The notes under the pieces: generated by a model | Seen by the model: the letters and a program-made list of their open reading frames with translations, nothing else | Database searches by the model: none | Told to the model about the DNA's origin: nothing | Assembly: GCA_043228905.1 (NCBI GenBank) | Contig: JBHGNT010000008.1 | Location: 19,468,001 to 19,532,000, forward strand | Source: Azolla caroliniana | Taxonomy: Eukaryota > Plantae > Polypodiophyta | Length of the DNA stretch: 64,000 nt | Direction: 5' to 3' | Part shown: one piece after another, positions 34,026 to 47,444 of the stretch | Layout of the letters: every line of letters begins with the position of its first letter | How positions within the stretch are numbered: position 1 is the stretch's first letter | Position numbers and translations under genes: made by a program

Positions 34026-36727
34026 TCATGCCGAGAGCGAGCTAGTCTGGGGTATAAGATTAAAACCCATTTTGAGGATAAAACAAATGCATAAAGAACT
34101 AGAGAAAAGCACGGAAATAATTTGTGACCCTACTTTGTTGAGTATATGCACAAGAATAACCCTAAGTTTTCATCCATTACCAGAATACCTATGTAAGAAA
34201 AGTTAGTACTACATAGTTTTCTGCTAATTTTTTTAACCTTGGGGACTTCTGGCAAATACTCAACAAGTTACGGTATTTCCCAAATGTCATGTGCTAGCTA
34301 GTAGTACTACCTTAGTTGCACGAATAACATCAAGGTTCATCATTGGTTGGGCATGGTGGTTTCGCATCCGAGATAAGACTCCCTGCCGCAACTCGGGCAC
34401 CAGAGGCACCTGGGAGTCAACAGACTGTGATGAGGCATAACGACGCCAGTTCGAGTAACCACTAGCATGATGCCGCCTTGCCGAGGACGATTCTGCAGTC
34501 GAGTTTGCATCTTCATTTCCTAGTCGGGGTGCAGCTGAGTTCACATCTTCATGTCCATCTTGCATTGGTATGGGTGACGGTAGTGGCAATGGACGCTTGT
34601 GTCCATTTTGCCGCTCATTTTGGGCAGCAACAACATTATCCTGATCTCCCGTGCCTTTGTCAGATGAAGAGCCACCCTCCGTCCTTCGTGCTGATTCTCT
34701 GCCCATGCTCGGAACCATTTGATCATAACGTGATCGGCCATCCGATGATGTGTTCCTATGGTGTGAACCCACATCCATATCCATGTTTTCAACCTCAGCA
34801 CCTCTACCGGCCTGCACTTCTACTGTCTCTCCTAGACCTTCTTCTAGGCCCACTTCCAAAGCAGCCTTTTCTGCAGCATCTTTCTCCCACATAACTGATA
34901 GTGCTTGTTGGAGCCTTTGTCTAGCAGCTACTTCTTCTACTATAGGTCTTGGATAGTTGGTGCCGAGCTCTATGCCAGCTGCACGAAGCACATTGGGAGG
35001 GGCATCCCATGGATGATGGATCCATTTCGACGGCAAGCGAGAGAGCTCAGGTAGCCAGCGCCGCACATACTCTCCATCAGGATCATATTTATAACCTTCT
35101 GCCTGCAAAAAAATCGTGAAAATAAGCCCTAATCTATCATGGGAATAGAAATATAGGACCAGAATTTCAAAGGGGGTGACTCATAATTATGCAGCCATAT
35201 CAAATTCGAGAGAATAAGTTTTTTCAGTATTCACGTTTAAAGATTATTTGCATTCATTCAGGATACTATCTAAAAGGGGTATACATATATTAGATGGGAA
35301 AAGGGTAAATTTTCTTAATGAAAAATCTAAAATAGGCCTCAACTGCGAGTGCTATATGGTTTAGATAAAGTGAATCCCTGAGGTGAATGAGATAACGAGT
35401 TTTGAAAGTCTTCCTTCTACCAATCATTTACATACACAAAGGGTTCTATCAAAAGGGGGTATACATAGATTGGAAAAAAAGGTGACATCAATTCATGAGT
35501 AGTTCACATACATTGAATTTTTAAATAGGCTGTAAACTCATGTGATGTAGATGGTTTACATTTGTAAATATAATGAAACCACGAGCAAACAATACCTGAG
35601 GATTGTCTATGTGATCAAGTTCATGACCATCCGGCAAACTTCCAGATATATATTGCCATCCCAAGACATCACACTCCAGGTCAGCATCAAGAAGTGTGTC
35701 CCAAAAATATTTCATGCCCCAACGCCAGGGAAGCTGAAGAAATTTAACAAAGAAACATGATACGATCACGCGGACACAATTATGCAACCATCCAGTCGCC
35801 CAAAGCTCCCTCATACCTGCATCCACTAGAGGATACCCGGTCCGTCCCTGCCTCCATATCTTAAAATACCCTTCGTCAATGCGCCAAGGGAAAAATTTCA
35901 AGTTTGAGAGCAATGATCGTTCGTGTGTGAAAGGGAAGTTGAAGCTGAGATATCTTGAGTATTCTCTTAACCCAATAGACCTGAGAAAGAGGTTCACACT
36001 TTCTTCGCCTTTTTCATTCCCTTCTTGGACCCATAGCACCTGCTTCATGCTCACACCGCGGAAAACTTTCCTCACACTTAACTCACCATAGTGAAGGTGG
36101 GGAGAAAGCAATGAAGTCGTTGCACTATCAATTTTTTGTCTATTGCTTACATACTCCAATAGCGGTCCGTTTAAGAAGACCTCAAACGCCTTGTCAGCAT
36201 TCGCCCATCCAGGGGCCCATGCTCTTGCTAGCAAATCATTGCTTCCTTTCTCAGACTCATCCTCGAGCTCGAGATTCTCTACAGATGAGCTAAATAGAGG
36301 CCCTAGATAGCAATGAAGAGAAAAACAAAATCCATCAGTCTGTACTTGTATTATCAGAGCTTCCCACTGATAGAATGTACAAAATAAAACAAAAAGATAC
36401 CTTGATACTTTATAAGTCTTTTTGGAGGTATAAGGGATGCCTCTGGTTGCATTGGCATGTCCATACATTTCGACCAAAACTCAGCAAACGTTGTGAACGG
36501 GGTCTCGTCATCATTATTAATCTCCCAAGGCTCATAAAGAAGGTCCGCATTGAATGTACTTACCTCGATCCCAGCCCGAATAAGCCCTTGTTTCACTTTA
36601 TGATCTCGCACAAGTGAGACAGGATCTGGAGAGACCAAAGCCAATTTTCACTATCCATTATTTATATATATATATATATATATTTATTTATTTATTTATT
36701 TTTTATTTTATTTTTTATATATATACA

Positions 36728-36761
<34 letters not shown>

Positions 36762-37956
36762 ATCAAGGTGCTACTCATAATTAGAAGGCACATGGGCTAG
36801 TTAAGGCATGTACATCAATAAACGCAGACATTTTTGTAAATCAGCATCAAAAGAAACACAATGGATAGCAGACAACCAAAAACGCAGTTTAAGTTCAACA
36901 CCTAAACCTTGTGTATATGATGCCAAAAGTTTGTTATTAAAAACTCAGCAGAAACTGTTATGCCTGAGCTCATAATGGTGATTGATCATTGTAAAAGCAT
37001 AGCTCAACTTTTCTGCAGAAACGCAGTATAAGTGCAACACCTAAACCTTGTGCATATGACACCAAAAGTGTGTATCACAAACTCTGCACAAACTGATATG
37101 TCTGAGCTCATCATGGTGATTAGTGCATGAAAATGCCTCTATGTCTCTGCTACGATGCAGCTCAGATCAGAGCAAAATATGTGTGCTCACAATGAGGATG
37201 CAACTCATATTAGAGTAAAAACTCTCCATTCCTGAAGTCTCAAATTAGAGTAAACTGTCTCTCTGTTCATAATGAAGAAATAGAGCTCAAATTAGGGTAA
37301 AATTATGCTGCTTCATGACATGGGCAGATCTCTTACTGTTCATACTGAGGTAAAATTTCTCCCTTCGTGATGAGGATAAATCAAGCTTACATCAATGCTT
37401 ATATCAAATCAAAATTTAAATAAAACCTGATATAAAGCTTATACCAACACTTAAATCAAACCTTGATACAAAGTTTTTTCAAACCAGTGATGCTCATACC
37501 ATAACCCTTAAGACCAAACCAAAGTATCATAACCCTAATTAAAAAAAACCCGTGATGAAAAGGCACTACCCTAACCACCATAAGTAGATGGGATTTTATT
37601 ATGGTCCATGAAGATCAAATAAAGAGAAAGAGAGAGAGGATAAACTTACCATAGAGGTGATTATAGAAGACTCGTGAAGCTCCGGTGGTTTCGATGATTT
37701 GAAGGAGAACAGAGAGGGCATCGGGCGCACGGCGCAAGATGAGAGGGGCTCCGAGGCTAGCCAAGGACTGTTGTAGATGGATAAGGCTCTGTTTGAGCCA
37801 CCATCTGGAGACTCGGCCTGGCAAGAAATGGCCTTCCTCTTCGGGTGCCCAAATGAAGACAGGGATGACCATGCCGCCCGACCGAGCCGCAGCCACCAGT
37901 GCCGGATTGTCTTCCAACCGTAGATCTCTTCGGAACCATACCACCGTGCACACCAT
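34026..37956 (-). CDS. CRY: Plant cryptochrome (PHR domain + C-terminal extension with DAS motifs), ~683 aa
   Basis: GT-AG exons 37956-37650, 36625-36401, 36302-35596 and 35102-34311, plus a probable last exon 34046-34026 (alternatively read-through to the stop at 34287). Motifs VWFRRDLRLEDNPAL, LSPHLHYGE, TGYPLVDAGMRELW, DADLECDVLGWQY, DQMVP and STAESSS. Confidence 0.95.
36880..37122. repeat. ~140-bp tandem duplication in CRY intron 1
   Basis: AAACGCAGT.TAAGT.CAACACCTAAACCTTGTG..TGAGCTCAT.ATGGTGATT occurs twice. Confidence 0.8.
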
Positions 37957-38109
37957 ATCTTCTCAGCTGCTTTTTCTGCTCTTTTTCCTCCTTTGTTTTA
38001 TTTCTTCCTCACTCTCCTCTTCTCTATATCTCTTGTCTTCTCCTCTTCTGCTGTTGTTTGTTTTTCCTTTCTCTTTGTGTGAGTAGATGAAGCAGCAGCA
38101 GAGCAGCTA

Positions 38110-38700
38110 GAGACCCCAACGCTAAAATCAGGGCAGGAGAACCCTAAATTTGGAGTGGTGTAGAAGCCCTAGCCCTGATTTAGATTTGGTAGAAACTCGG
38201 CCTGAATTCCAGATCAGGATCAGAAGCCTAGCCTAATCGCAGGGCAAGAACAAAACCCTGCCCTGATTTAGAGCGGGATGAAACCCTAACCCTAATTCAG
38301 AACAATAACAGACCAGGCAGATTTCCTAACGCTAATTGAGAGAGCCGTGTACAAACCCTAAGCTAAATTAGAGAATGAGGAAGCCCCTGAGCGTCATCCA
38401 GCTAACTCCAAAAATCTAAATCCTAAAGGAACCCTAATCCTTACCCGGAGCAGGCGGAACCCCAAATCTCCCTAACATAGAGCAAGAGGGAACTGCTGAA
38501 CCCAATCTCAGAGAGCAGGATGAATCGCTGAATCTTAATTCAACCCAATTTCAGAGCAGGAGGGATCGCTGAACCTTAATTCAACCCAATTTCAGAGAAG
38601 GAGGAATCGCTGAACCTTAAATTCAGAGCTGGATGGAACCGCGGTAAAACCCTATTTCAGAGCGGGGGGGGGGGGGGGGGGGAGGGGGCAGGGAAACCTA
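38110..38700 (-). promoter_or_regulatory. Telobox-rich putative 5'-UTR intron of CRY
   Basis: Many AAACCCTA/ACCCTAA variants, three 41-bp repeats (38513-38630) and a G-run (38663-38688). Candidate acceptor TCTCTAG near 38110. Confidence 0.5.
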
Positions 38701-38960
38701 ATCGGTACCGATGAGTGTGCAGAGAAGAAGAGCCCAAAATGAAATTTGAGGGGAGGGGAGGGAGAGATAATGGTGGATGTGCAGAAGAAAAAGAAGAGAA
38801 GAAAGGAACCCTAATGAGAAAAGCCATGGATGGAGCCCATAGAGCAAAGGGAGGGGCCTCTGTTGACAGGAGCCATGCAAAGGCGAAGAGAGAGAGAGGG
38901 AGCAGAAGATATGTACACACAGAGAGCTGGAAAATCAGGTTTCGAACCCAAGACCTACGC

Positions 38961-40230
38961 AAACCGGTTTAGGAACCGGTTCAAGTTTGGAAATTCCCAA
39001 ACCGGTTTTGGATCAACCGGTCTAGCTTGGTTTTGGACAAGGCCAAACCGAAACCAACCCACTGGTAAACCGGTTTTAGGAACCGGTTCGAGTTTGGAAA
39101 CTCCCAACCCGGTTTAGGCTTAACTAGTTTGGCTTGGTATTTTGGACAAGGCCAAACCGAAACCAAACCGCTGGTAAACCAGTTTTAAGAATCGGTTCAA
39201 GTTTGGAAACTCCCAACCCGGTTTAGGCTTAACCGGTTTGTCTTGGATTTGGACAAGGCCAAACCGAAACCAAACTGTTGGTAAACCGGTTTTAGGAACC
39301 GGTTCAAGTTTGGAAACTCCCAACCCGGTTTAGGTTTAACCGATTTGGCTTGGTATTTTGGACAAGGCCAAACCGAAACCAAACCGCTGGTAAACCGGTT
39401 TTAGGAATCGGTTCAAGTTTGGAAACTCCCAAACCGGTTTAGGTTTAACCGATTTGGCTTGGTATTTTGGACAAGGCCAAACCGAAACCAAACCGCTGGT
39501 AAACTGGTTTTAGGAACCGGTTCAAGTTTGGAAACTCCCAAACCGGTTTAGGTTTAACCGATTTGGCTTGGTATTTTGGACAAGGCCAAACCGAAACCAA
39601 CCCGCTGGTAAACTGGTTTTAGGAACCGGTTCAAGTTTGGAAACTCCCAAACCGGTTTAGGTTTAACCGATTTGGCTTGGTATTTTGGACAAGGCCAAAC
39701 CGAAACCAACCCGCTGGTAAACTGGTTTTAGGAACCGGTTCAAGTTTGGAAACTCCCAAACCGGTTTAGGTTTAACCGATTTGGCTTGGTATTTTGGACA
39801 AGGCCAAACCGAAACCAAACCGCTGGTAAACTGGTTTTAGGAACCGGTTCAAGTTTGGAAACTCCCAAACCGGTTTAGGTTTAACCGATTTGGCTTGGTA
39901 TTTTGGACAAGGCCAAACCGAAACCAAACCGCTGGTAAACTGGTTTTAGGAACCGGTTCAAGTTTGGAAACTCCCAAACCGGTTTAGGTTTAACCGATTT
40001 GGCTTGGTATTTTGGACAAGGCCAAACCGAAACCAAACCGCTGGTAAACTGGTTTTAGGAACCGGTTCAAGTTTGGAAACTCCCAACCCGGTTTAGGCTT
40101 AACCGGTTTGTCTTGGATTCGGACAAGGCCAAACCGCTAGTAAACCGGTTTTAGGAACTGGTTCAAGTTTGGAAACTCCCAAACCGGTTTGGCTTGGATT
40201 TGGACAAGTCCAAACCGTTGCCGATTCCTA
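38961..40230 (-). repeat. 109-bp tandem array (~12 units) derived from a hAT-MITE end, one TIR at 40230
   Basis: GACAAG anchors at 39036, 39145, 39252, 39361, 39470, 39579, 39688, 39797, 39906, 40015, 40122 and 40203. Ends GTTGCCGATTCCTA, matching the TIR of the element at 42326-42628. Confidence 0.92.
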
Positions 40231-42325
40231 GTAATTACCGGAGAGAAAGAGGTTTCTGCGGCCCTCGCCTCATCCTAGATCCGTCCACCTCGAACCCCTC
40301 TCTTGCTGACTAACTTTGTCGTATGAATCGTCGAGGTTATTGAGGCTCGCAAAGGGTAGCTTTACTTAATGTCTGGCCCACGCCTGCTCCTTGGACAAAC
40401 TGTTAATGAGGGCCTAATGAAATTGCAATAGTCATTGGTGAAGTTCTTCGCTATTTAGGTGTACTCTCTGGACGGGAATGAGGTTCAATGTTGTTGTAAA
40501 TCATTGAAGGAGGAAAACAAGGGGGTGGATTCAAGCAATGGAGTTGTAAGAGTTGCATATTGTAGTTTGTACACCTAGGCATCACACGTAAATATCTTGG
40601 TCAACTATGTGAGTCGGATCTTGGAGCATCTGAGAATGTGCATCTCCAGACATCTGCCCTATGGCTTCCAAATATGCAATAATCAGACATCGCAAAGAGA
40701 ATGTAGCAAACTTAACAAGAAAACTAAACGGCGTGGTGTGGCTACTCCATATATCAATCATCGGTCTAAAAGTGTGCACATCATTGGTGTCATGGAATGT
40801 TATAATTTGAATGCAGTAGTGATGGAGCCTCGAGTGTTTCTTCGCAACAACCATGTGAAGGATAAGGACAAATCACATAGAATGCACATTAGTGGCCTTC
40901 CCTACACACATATACACATCATGACCTCAAACTTGTTGAATTCCCTAATTGCGCACAGAATGAACAAATTGTCGAGGTTGAGGTCATGTTCTTATCATGT
41001 TTGAACTTGTTATAATTCGTCTCGACTCTTATTCACAAAGAAAGGGAGCGTGTGTGTAGACATATTATAGTATGGGGCAATGTGCGACCATAAATGCAAT
41101 CTCCGAGCTTCCTTTCAAGCAACAATAGTGGGGGCATGAAGCATACAACATGTAGAGACGCATAAGTATAATATAATCACAAAGTTAATAATGAACATGC
41201 AATCATGGCAATTCGTTAATGTTAGCGGTACCTTTCATTTTTACCATAACCATCAATAGTCAACTACTCAATGTCAACTCGTGACGTACTTACTCATCAT
41301 GTGACCTATCAGTGCTCTGAATTATACTCTTTCATCGACCTCAACCTCGACAGTTTGTCAACCCCCATTATGGAAGGATCCCTAGTTTAGAGAAATGTGG
41401 ACAAAGGCAGAGGTCTTCACCTCTTTTGGGGAGAGAATAAAGTGGAGATATGCTCCACCAAGGTGGCTTTTTCCGCCCCCCATAATGGAAGGTAGATACG
41501 CAATGGCTTTTGCTATTCGACATGTTGGTTGATGTGGGTATGGTGGTTGTGTTTTCATGTATGAGTTCTTTTCAACTTTTTGGCATCTTTCCATTAATAC
41601 CAAGTTGGATCTTCAAAGAAAAATAAAATCAATTCTTCACCCCTCACCCCTTTTGTGAGCCCATGGTAAGTGATGGTGATTCATAAAGTGTAAAGCAATG
41701 AGGCTTGAGGAGTCTACACTAATGATTGGTCACACCATATCTCGAGACTTGATGTATATTCGTTTGTCCTAAGAGTGTATGAATCAACACTTATAGAGGG
41801 CCATTTGTTAATGTAGATGGACATTTGATCAAATTTTACATTCAAATATGCCAAATCTAGCCACAACCACCACCAAAGACTAAATAGCTATGTTCTAAAC
41901 ATACACACTAGAATGAGTTGATGGGCTTATTTATAGCCCAATTCATGCCATGAATATATAGATACTTTCCAATGAAACATATGTTTCTAACATTGGTAAA
42001 GTCTGCACGATCATGGGTTTATAAAGTGTTAAACTTAGAAATTTTTTTAATTGTATGAAAAGCTTTCTCACCCACACAAACAACCCATTATTTGACGAAT
42101 TAATACATGGCAAATCGTCACCCCAACTTAATGGAGCATATCATACCATTTGTTGTCAAAATAGTTTGTAAGAATTTAATATAAAAAACCTTCATAGCTT
42201 GCCACATCAACGTTTTGTGGAATTTAAAGACTCTTCGATGAAAATTGGCATCATGGGCATGACACAATGCATTGTCGCTTAAAAATTAATTTATCAATGA
42301 TTCGTGCCCATTCATCTGTATCGAG

Positions 42326-42628
42326 TAGGAATCAGCAACTGTTTGGTTTCGGCTTAACTGATTTGTCCTTGTCTGAACCAAACCGGTTAAACCTAAACCG
42401 GTTGGGGGTTTCCAAACTTGAACCGAACCGATTCCTAAACCGGTTTAGGAACCAAATTAGCCAAGCTGATTAAGCCTTAACCGGCCTGGTAATCGATTTA
42501 GGCTTATCCGATTTGAGCAATCCCCAACTAAGCTCAAACCAGTTAAGTAAGCTCAAGCTTAAACCGAACCGAACCGAACCGCTATACCGTTTCGGTTTAG
42601 GCTTGAGCCGAGCCGTTGTCGATTCCTA
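42326..42628 (+). mobile_element. hAT-type MITE (303 bp)
   Basis: TIRs TAGGAATCAGCAAC / GTTGTCGATTCCTA. Decayed 8-bp TSD GTATCGAG / GCACCGAG. (AACCG)n subterminal repeats. Confidence 0.85.
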
Positions 42629-45600
42629 GCACCGAGCTACAAAACATGCAACGACTTATAAGGGGGAAAAGGAATAAATGCTCAATCTACTGATAACTAT
42701 ATTCTTAAAAATAAATGGTTGCAAATACGTTTGTAAAAAACTACCGGGGTTGTAGGAGTAATGGTATAAACCAATGTTTGTTGACAATGAATGTGAATCT
42801 CACTTGAACATGTGGCAACAAATAATTGGAGAAGGGGAAAGTGAAATTATAAGCATCCAACGAATCAACTTTTCGTGAATATAAGTACGTTCGTATGCAT
42901 TTACTTTCTGTGACTGCCAGCCGATGTGAAAGCCAAAGCCTATGACACTTTTATAGAGAGTAAGATAAACAATTGAGCCGAAAAGGAATGCATATTAAAT
43001 AAGCTATAAGACACTATGTACATGACAAAATACATCAATGTAAGGACTACCTTTTATACATCATATAAGATAGTCAGTCCAAACATTCCTACCTTAAACA
43101 AAGGCTAAGCATGTTTATGCCATGCAACCTTAAGATTATGCTTTCAAGTCTCTCTTAAGATTGTGGGTTAAAGCATCGGACATCATAATTTTGGTTACAT
43201 CCTATATGACAAATGCACAAATCAAGACATATTGTCTCTCTACATGCAAGACAATATCGCTTCAGCCTTCTACTATGTCCATCTTTACGAGGTAGGTCCT
43301 AAATAATGACTTTTCGAATCAATATAGGTCACGTATTTGTTTGAGTGGCATCTTTATAAATCTATTTCAACACCCCAGGTGCCAAAAAAAATGTAGGAAA
43401 GGTAGTTCATACGTGAATTAGTAAAATAAAGAAATAAATGATTAGTTTATAAAAACTCAAAAGTGCAAATCTGACATCGTCTCTTTTTTAATTAAAAACC
43501 CAATGGCTAGTTTTCCATCATGAATAGTTTTTCATGCCATTATCTTCATTGGAATATGTTGTCTCTCTATCTAAGTGACATTGCATGAAAATACTACGAG
43601 AGTCGACATCTTTGAGAATTTTGAAAATTTAATTGATTCGAGTTTCAAGAGCACCAAGGAGAGAAAGCCTTTGTATGATTATCAGGCCATCGAAGAGGAA
43701 TATGTGTAATATCATCATCAAGTTCAAGTCTTGGTACAAATGCAAGGATGCATTTTTGTGTTGGAGGGTCAATAATTGATTTGTTGCCAACAGACAATTG
43801 TGGATAGATTGAAATTTATGTCTGCAACTTGATATGTTCTCATTAACTCAATATTGTCATGTGGATATAAACACAATAGCATAAGTTATCGAGACATTAT
43901 GCACATAAAGCAATGTGGTGCAATCTCACCTATTTTGCATCGATACTGAAAAAACATTGAAATAGGCAAACATGTGTCATTTTCAATAAGCAAAACAAAA
44001 CCTTTGCTATTTTTAAAAAGCAAGGTCCAATTGTTCTTAGTTCAAAGATCACAACTAAATTTTGATTGTGAAGCATGCGCTTTACAATGGACACTTCAAA
44101 CTAGGTTTCTCAAAACAATAAATTGTCTCTCTGGAGAGGCAAAATACATGTGAAAGCAAATCATGACCTAAACCAATGACAAATTCTATTGAGTCAAAAC
44201 AGAGGCCGATTGGGAAAATAAGTATTCTTTGTACTTATGCCTTAATTGAAATGATGAATAGACATAAAGCGATTATAAAGTATTATACCTTACCTTGTCA
44301 ATAGATATGAGGATGTGAGTGAAAATTAATCACTATACTTTGTGTAGACAAAGGAAACAAGCTTTTCTATGACAGGACAAGCCTTGAATACATTTGTACA
44401 TGGAATAAGTTCTCTATATATAGTGTACGTTGATTCCACATACTGTACATATATTTTTGAGATTGTTTTCATATCCCAATTCCCAACATGCGTTATTTTG
44501 TCAATTGTATGAGCCTCTAAAGTATACACATCACATGTGAATGTCATGTTCTCTTTATGGATGCCCATTAGTTTGGAATAAGTTAAGCTAACAACAAGTT
44601 TCATTTGTTTTTTGGTTAGATGTTAGCAATTCTCTTGCACATGATTCGACAAGCCAATCCACCCCTCTTTTACATAGGGATTTGACAATGGCTATGATGT
44701 ATTAAAGTTTCCAAGTACTACGGAACCATTATAAACTTACGATAGGTCTAGCCCAAGATAAACATTCGAAAGAGATTGTAAACTTTTTTAATCGATATCG
44801 TATTCTCATGAAACATGCATGTAACATCATTGATGATGCATCAATGGTAAGTGACATTTCAAATAGTAAAAGCGACTATGAATGCAATATATGTGTGAGT
44901 AGAAATTTGAAACATACATAGTAAATCAATACATGTCTAAGTATTAAAAGACATATGATCTCTAAGTATTCTTAAAGTCTAAAGCATGACCTATATTTTA
45001 ATTCTTAGTTATATCATGAAAGGATTATATTTCTCATTGCTAATATTAGCATATCGTAAACTTAGGTTGGGTTCAAACTACGCCAATGAAAAAACATACC
45101 TTTTCACTTGTTTTGGGTTTGTGGAACTTGGTCTTCCACCAGTATAACACTCCTCACAAATCAATAGAAAAATAACACATTTTCTATTATCCATCTCGAG
45201 CATTCGTATTTATTGCTACTTTTGTCTACATAAACAAATTAATCAAGGAAAAATGTACAATTCTTCTTTCACCGAAAGGTTCTCACTTGGAGTATCCTTG
45301 ATGTAAAATGGCGGGATCATAGGCATCTAAAGAGGGAACAATCTACTTGATTTGCCAAAAGTGGACGGAGCTTATGAAATAATGTGACTTCTCTATTGGA
45401 TAATCATATATTTTTTGCCCTTGCATTAAATCTTTGCGAATCTAAAGTTATAGTTATTGTTAGGATATATGCGTATTAGCTAACATTTCACCATAAACTT
45501 CTAGTCGCTACAATACTCATGTATTTGCTATCAGTCATATATTGTGCTCGAGTTAAGGTTTAATGAAAGCGTTCTAAATCTTAGTTTTTTGGTTCAAGTC

Positions 45601-47444
45601 CCATAGATGGACAAGTCATTTGGCTTGTAGACATCTATGTTGCTTGCAGAGCATTCGTATCTCCTACTTTTGCATGCATTGATGACAAATGTTGGTATAG
45701 TTCAGTTCAATGTACACATTCAATGCAACACCCCTTAGATAAAAGATAGCATGCAATAATCAATATGTATGTATAGCATTTGCGGATTTAAATTGGTGTA
45801 GTAAAAAAAAACATATCCTCATAAATGTTGTGCACCCTTGTTTCTTTCTCACGTTGAAACAATTGTTCGATGACAATAGAAGACTACATTTTTTGTTCCT
45901 CCAACTGTCCATAATTCATAGAAAAATATCATACAAGGAAATATAGAAAGGTTCTATTGTGAATGATATCAAGAGAAAACAAGAATTCTAAGCATATATA
46001 TTTGAAGAGAGCATGCTTTAAAGTTGTGTACGTTCATATTAGTGGGTGTGCATACAAGTGGATGCACTTTCCTATGCTTTTTTCAAGGTTGTGCAAATGT
46101 TTATTTGAGCTTTGTTGCCTCGTACGGGCTAAGAAAGAGACATAGTAGACGTATGATTGGCTATGAAAGTCAAATATTTCCATTTATTATTAGTATTATT
46201 ACATGTTATAGTTCTCTAACATTGCATGCTAAAGCATGATGCGAAAATATTGCCTCCACAAATTGCACATGGAAGCAATACAATATTACAAATACACACA
46301 TATCGACATACACATCAGTTCCCAATTGGAATTCAAGTTTTTATTCTTAGTGGATGCTAGGAAATCCAATTTTCCTATGATTTTTTCTATTTATTAAAGA
46401 ATAAGTTCTCCACAACAACAATATATATCCACCATTCTCCTTGTAAGCAATAAAGATATGAGTATGCATGAAAAGATTGAAGATACGAGGAGAAAGTTTT
46501 GAGGATTCGCAACAGGTAAAGTGTTCACGTATGTCCTGACAAATTGTTATCTAGATAATGCTTCTCGGATTGGTCTTCTCATTAAACAATTATCATGTAT
46601 TCCCATTTCTTTGGTTTGTGCTTTTGCTCGATAAGAAAAATGCAATGATTTGACACGACGTTCATTTGAAACTTTTGTTTATCTCCATATTTTAGAGAGG
46701 CAAATTGTAAGGGTCATGACAAAGTTCTCATCCAACCTACATATATGCATTATACATTAGAGTTCAAATGAGTAAGGCAAGGAAAGGATGACGATAAATT
46801 GATTTGTACGTGTTTATGACCATGCCATGTTGATATGAGAATTTCTTTCAATTGTGCGGTCTCACTTGACCCCAAGGGCAATAAACAAATCCCCAATTTC
46901 TTGAAATTTAAAAACCATATGAATTAACTCCAAAAAGAAAGACCAATTATAATAAAAACAATGTGTGACCTCAATTTTACTTTAGAATTTGGTTTTGGCC
47001 AAAAATCTATGAAAGATGAGATGGGTCCACTATGGAGTGGTGGGATAATCTTTGTGACAAGCATATAGAGAAAGTATAAGATGATATAGAAGACATCAAT
47101 TTCAAGAAAATATCCACCGTGAGAATTTGGAGCAAGTAGAAGTAGGAAGTCTTAATGTGGCTTCTGTATGCTTCCACCAAAACGTCTCTATACATCGATG
47201 AAATTGTACATTTTCTTCAATATCATTGGCCTAAGATTTGGATCAATGTGTACCCCATTGGTGGCAAACCTAGAAATGGTGGTTGTTGAGCATCCTTGAG
47301 CTATTAGATTACTTAACTTTAGTGATTAACACCTACACACACACACACACTTGCATCACTCTCTTTTGCAATGGAAGTACATGCATACACAAAGAAGACA
47401 ATAAGAAGAAACACAACACGTCTTATTAACAAAGTGATTGAATT

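Noticed and set aside
34026-37956. Neochrome-like or other photoreceptor fusion
   Set aside because: Only the PHR domain and C-terminal extension are present. No phytochrome, LOV or kinase exons were found nearby.
38110-38700. Interstitial telomere array
   Set aside because: The motifs are dispersed and degenerate, not tandem TTTAGGG.
38961-40230. CRISPR-like array
   Set aside because: The units are wholly repeated with no unique spacers, there are no cas genes, and the context is eukaryotic.
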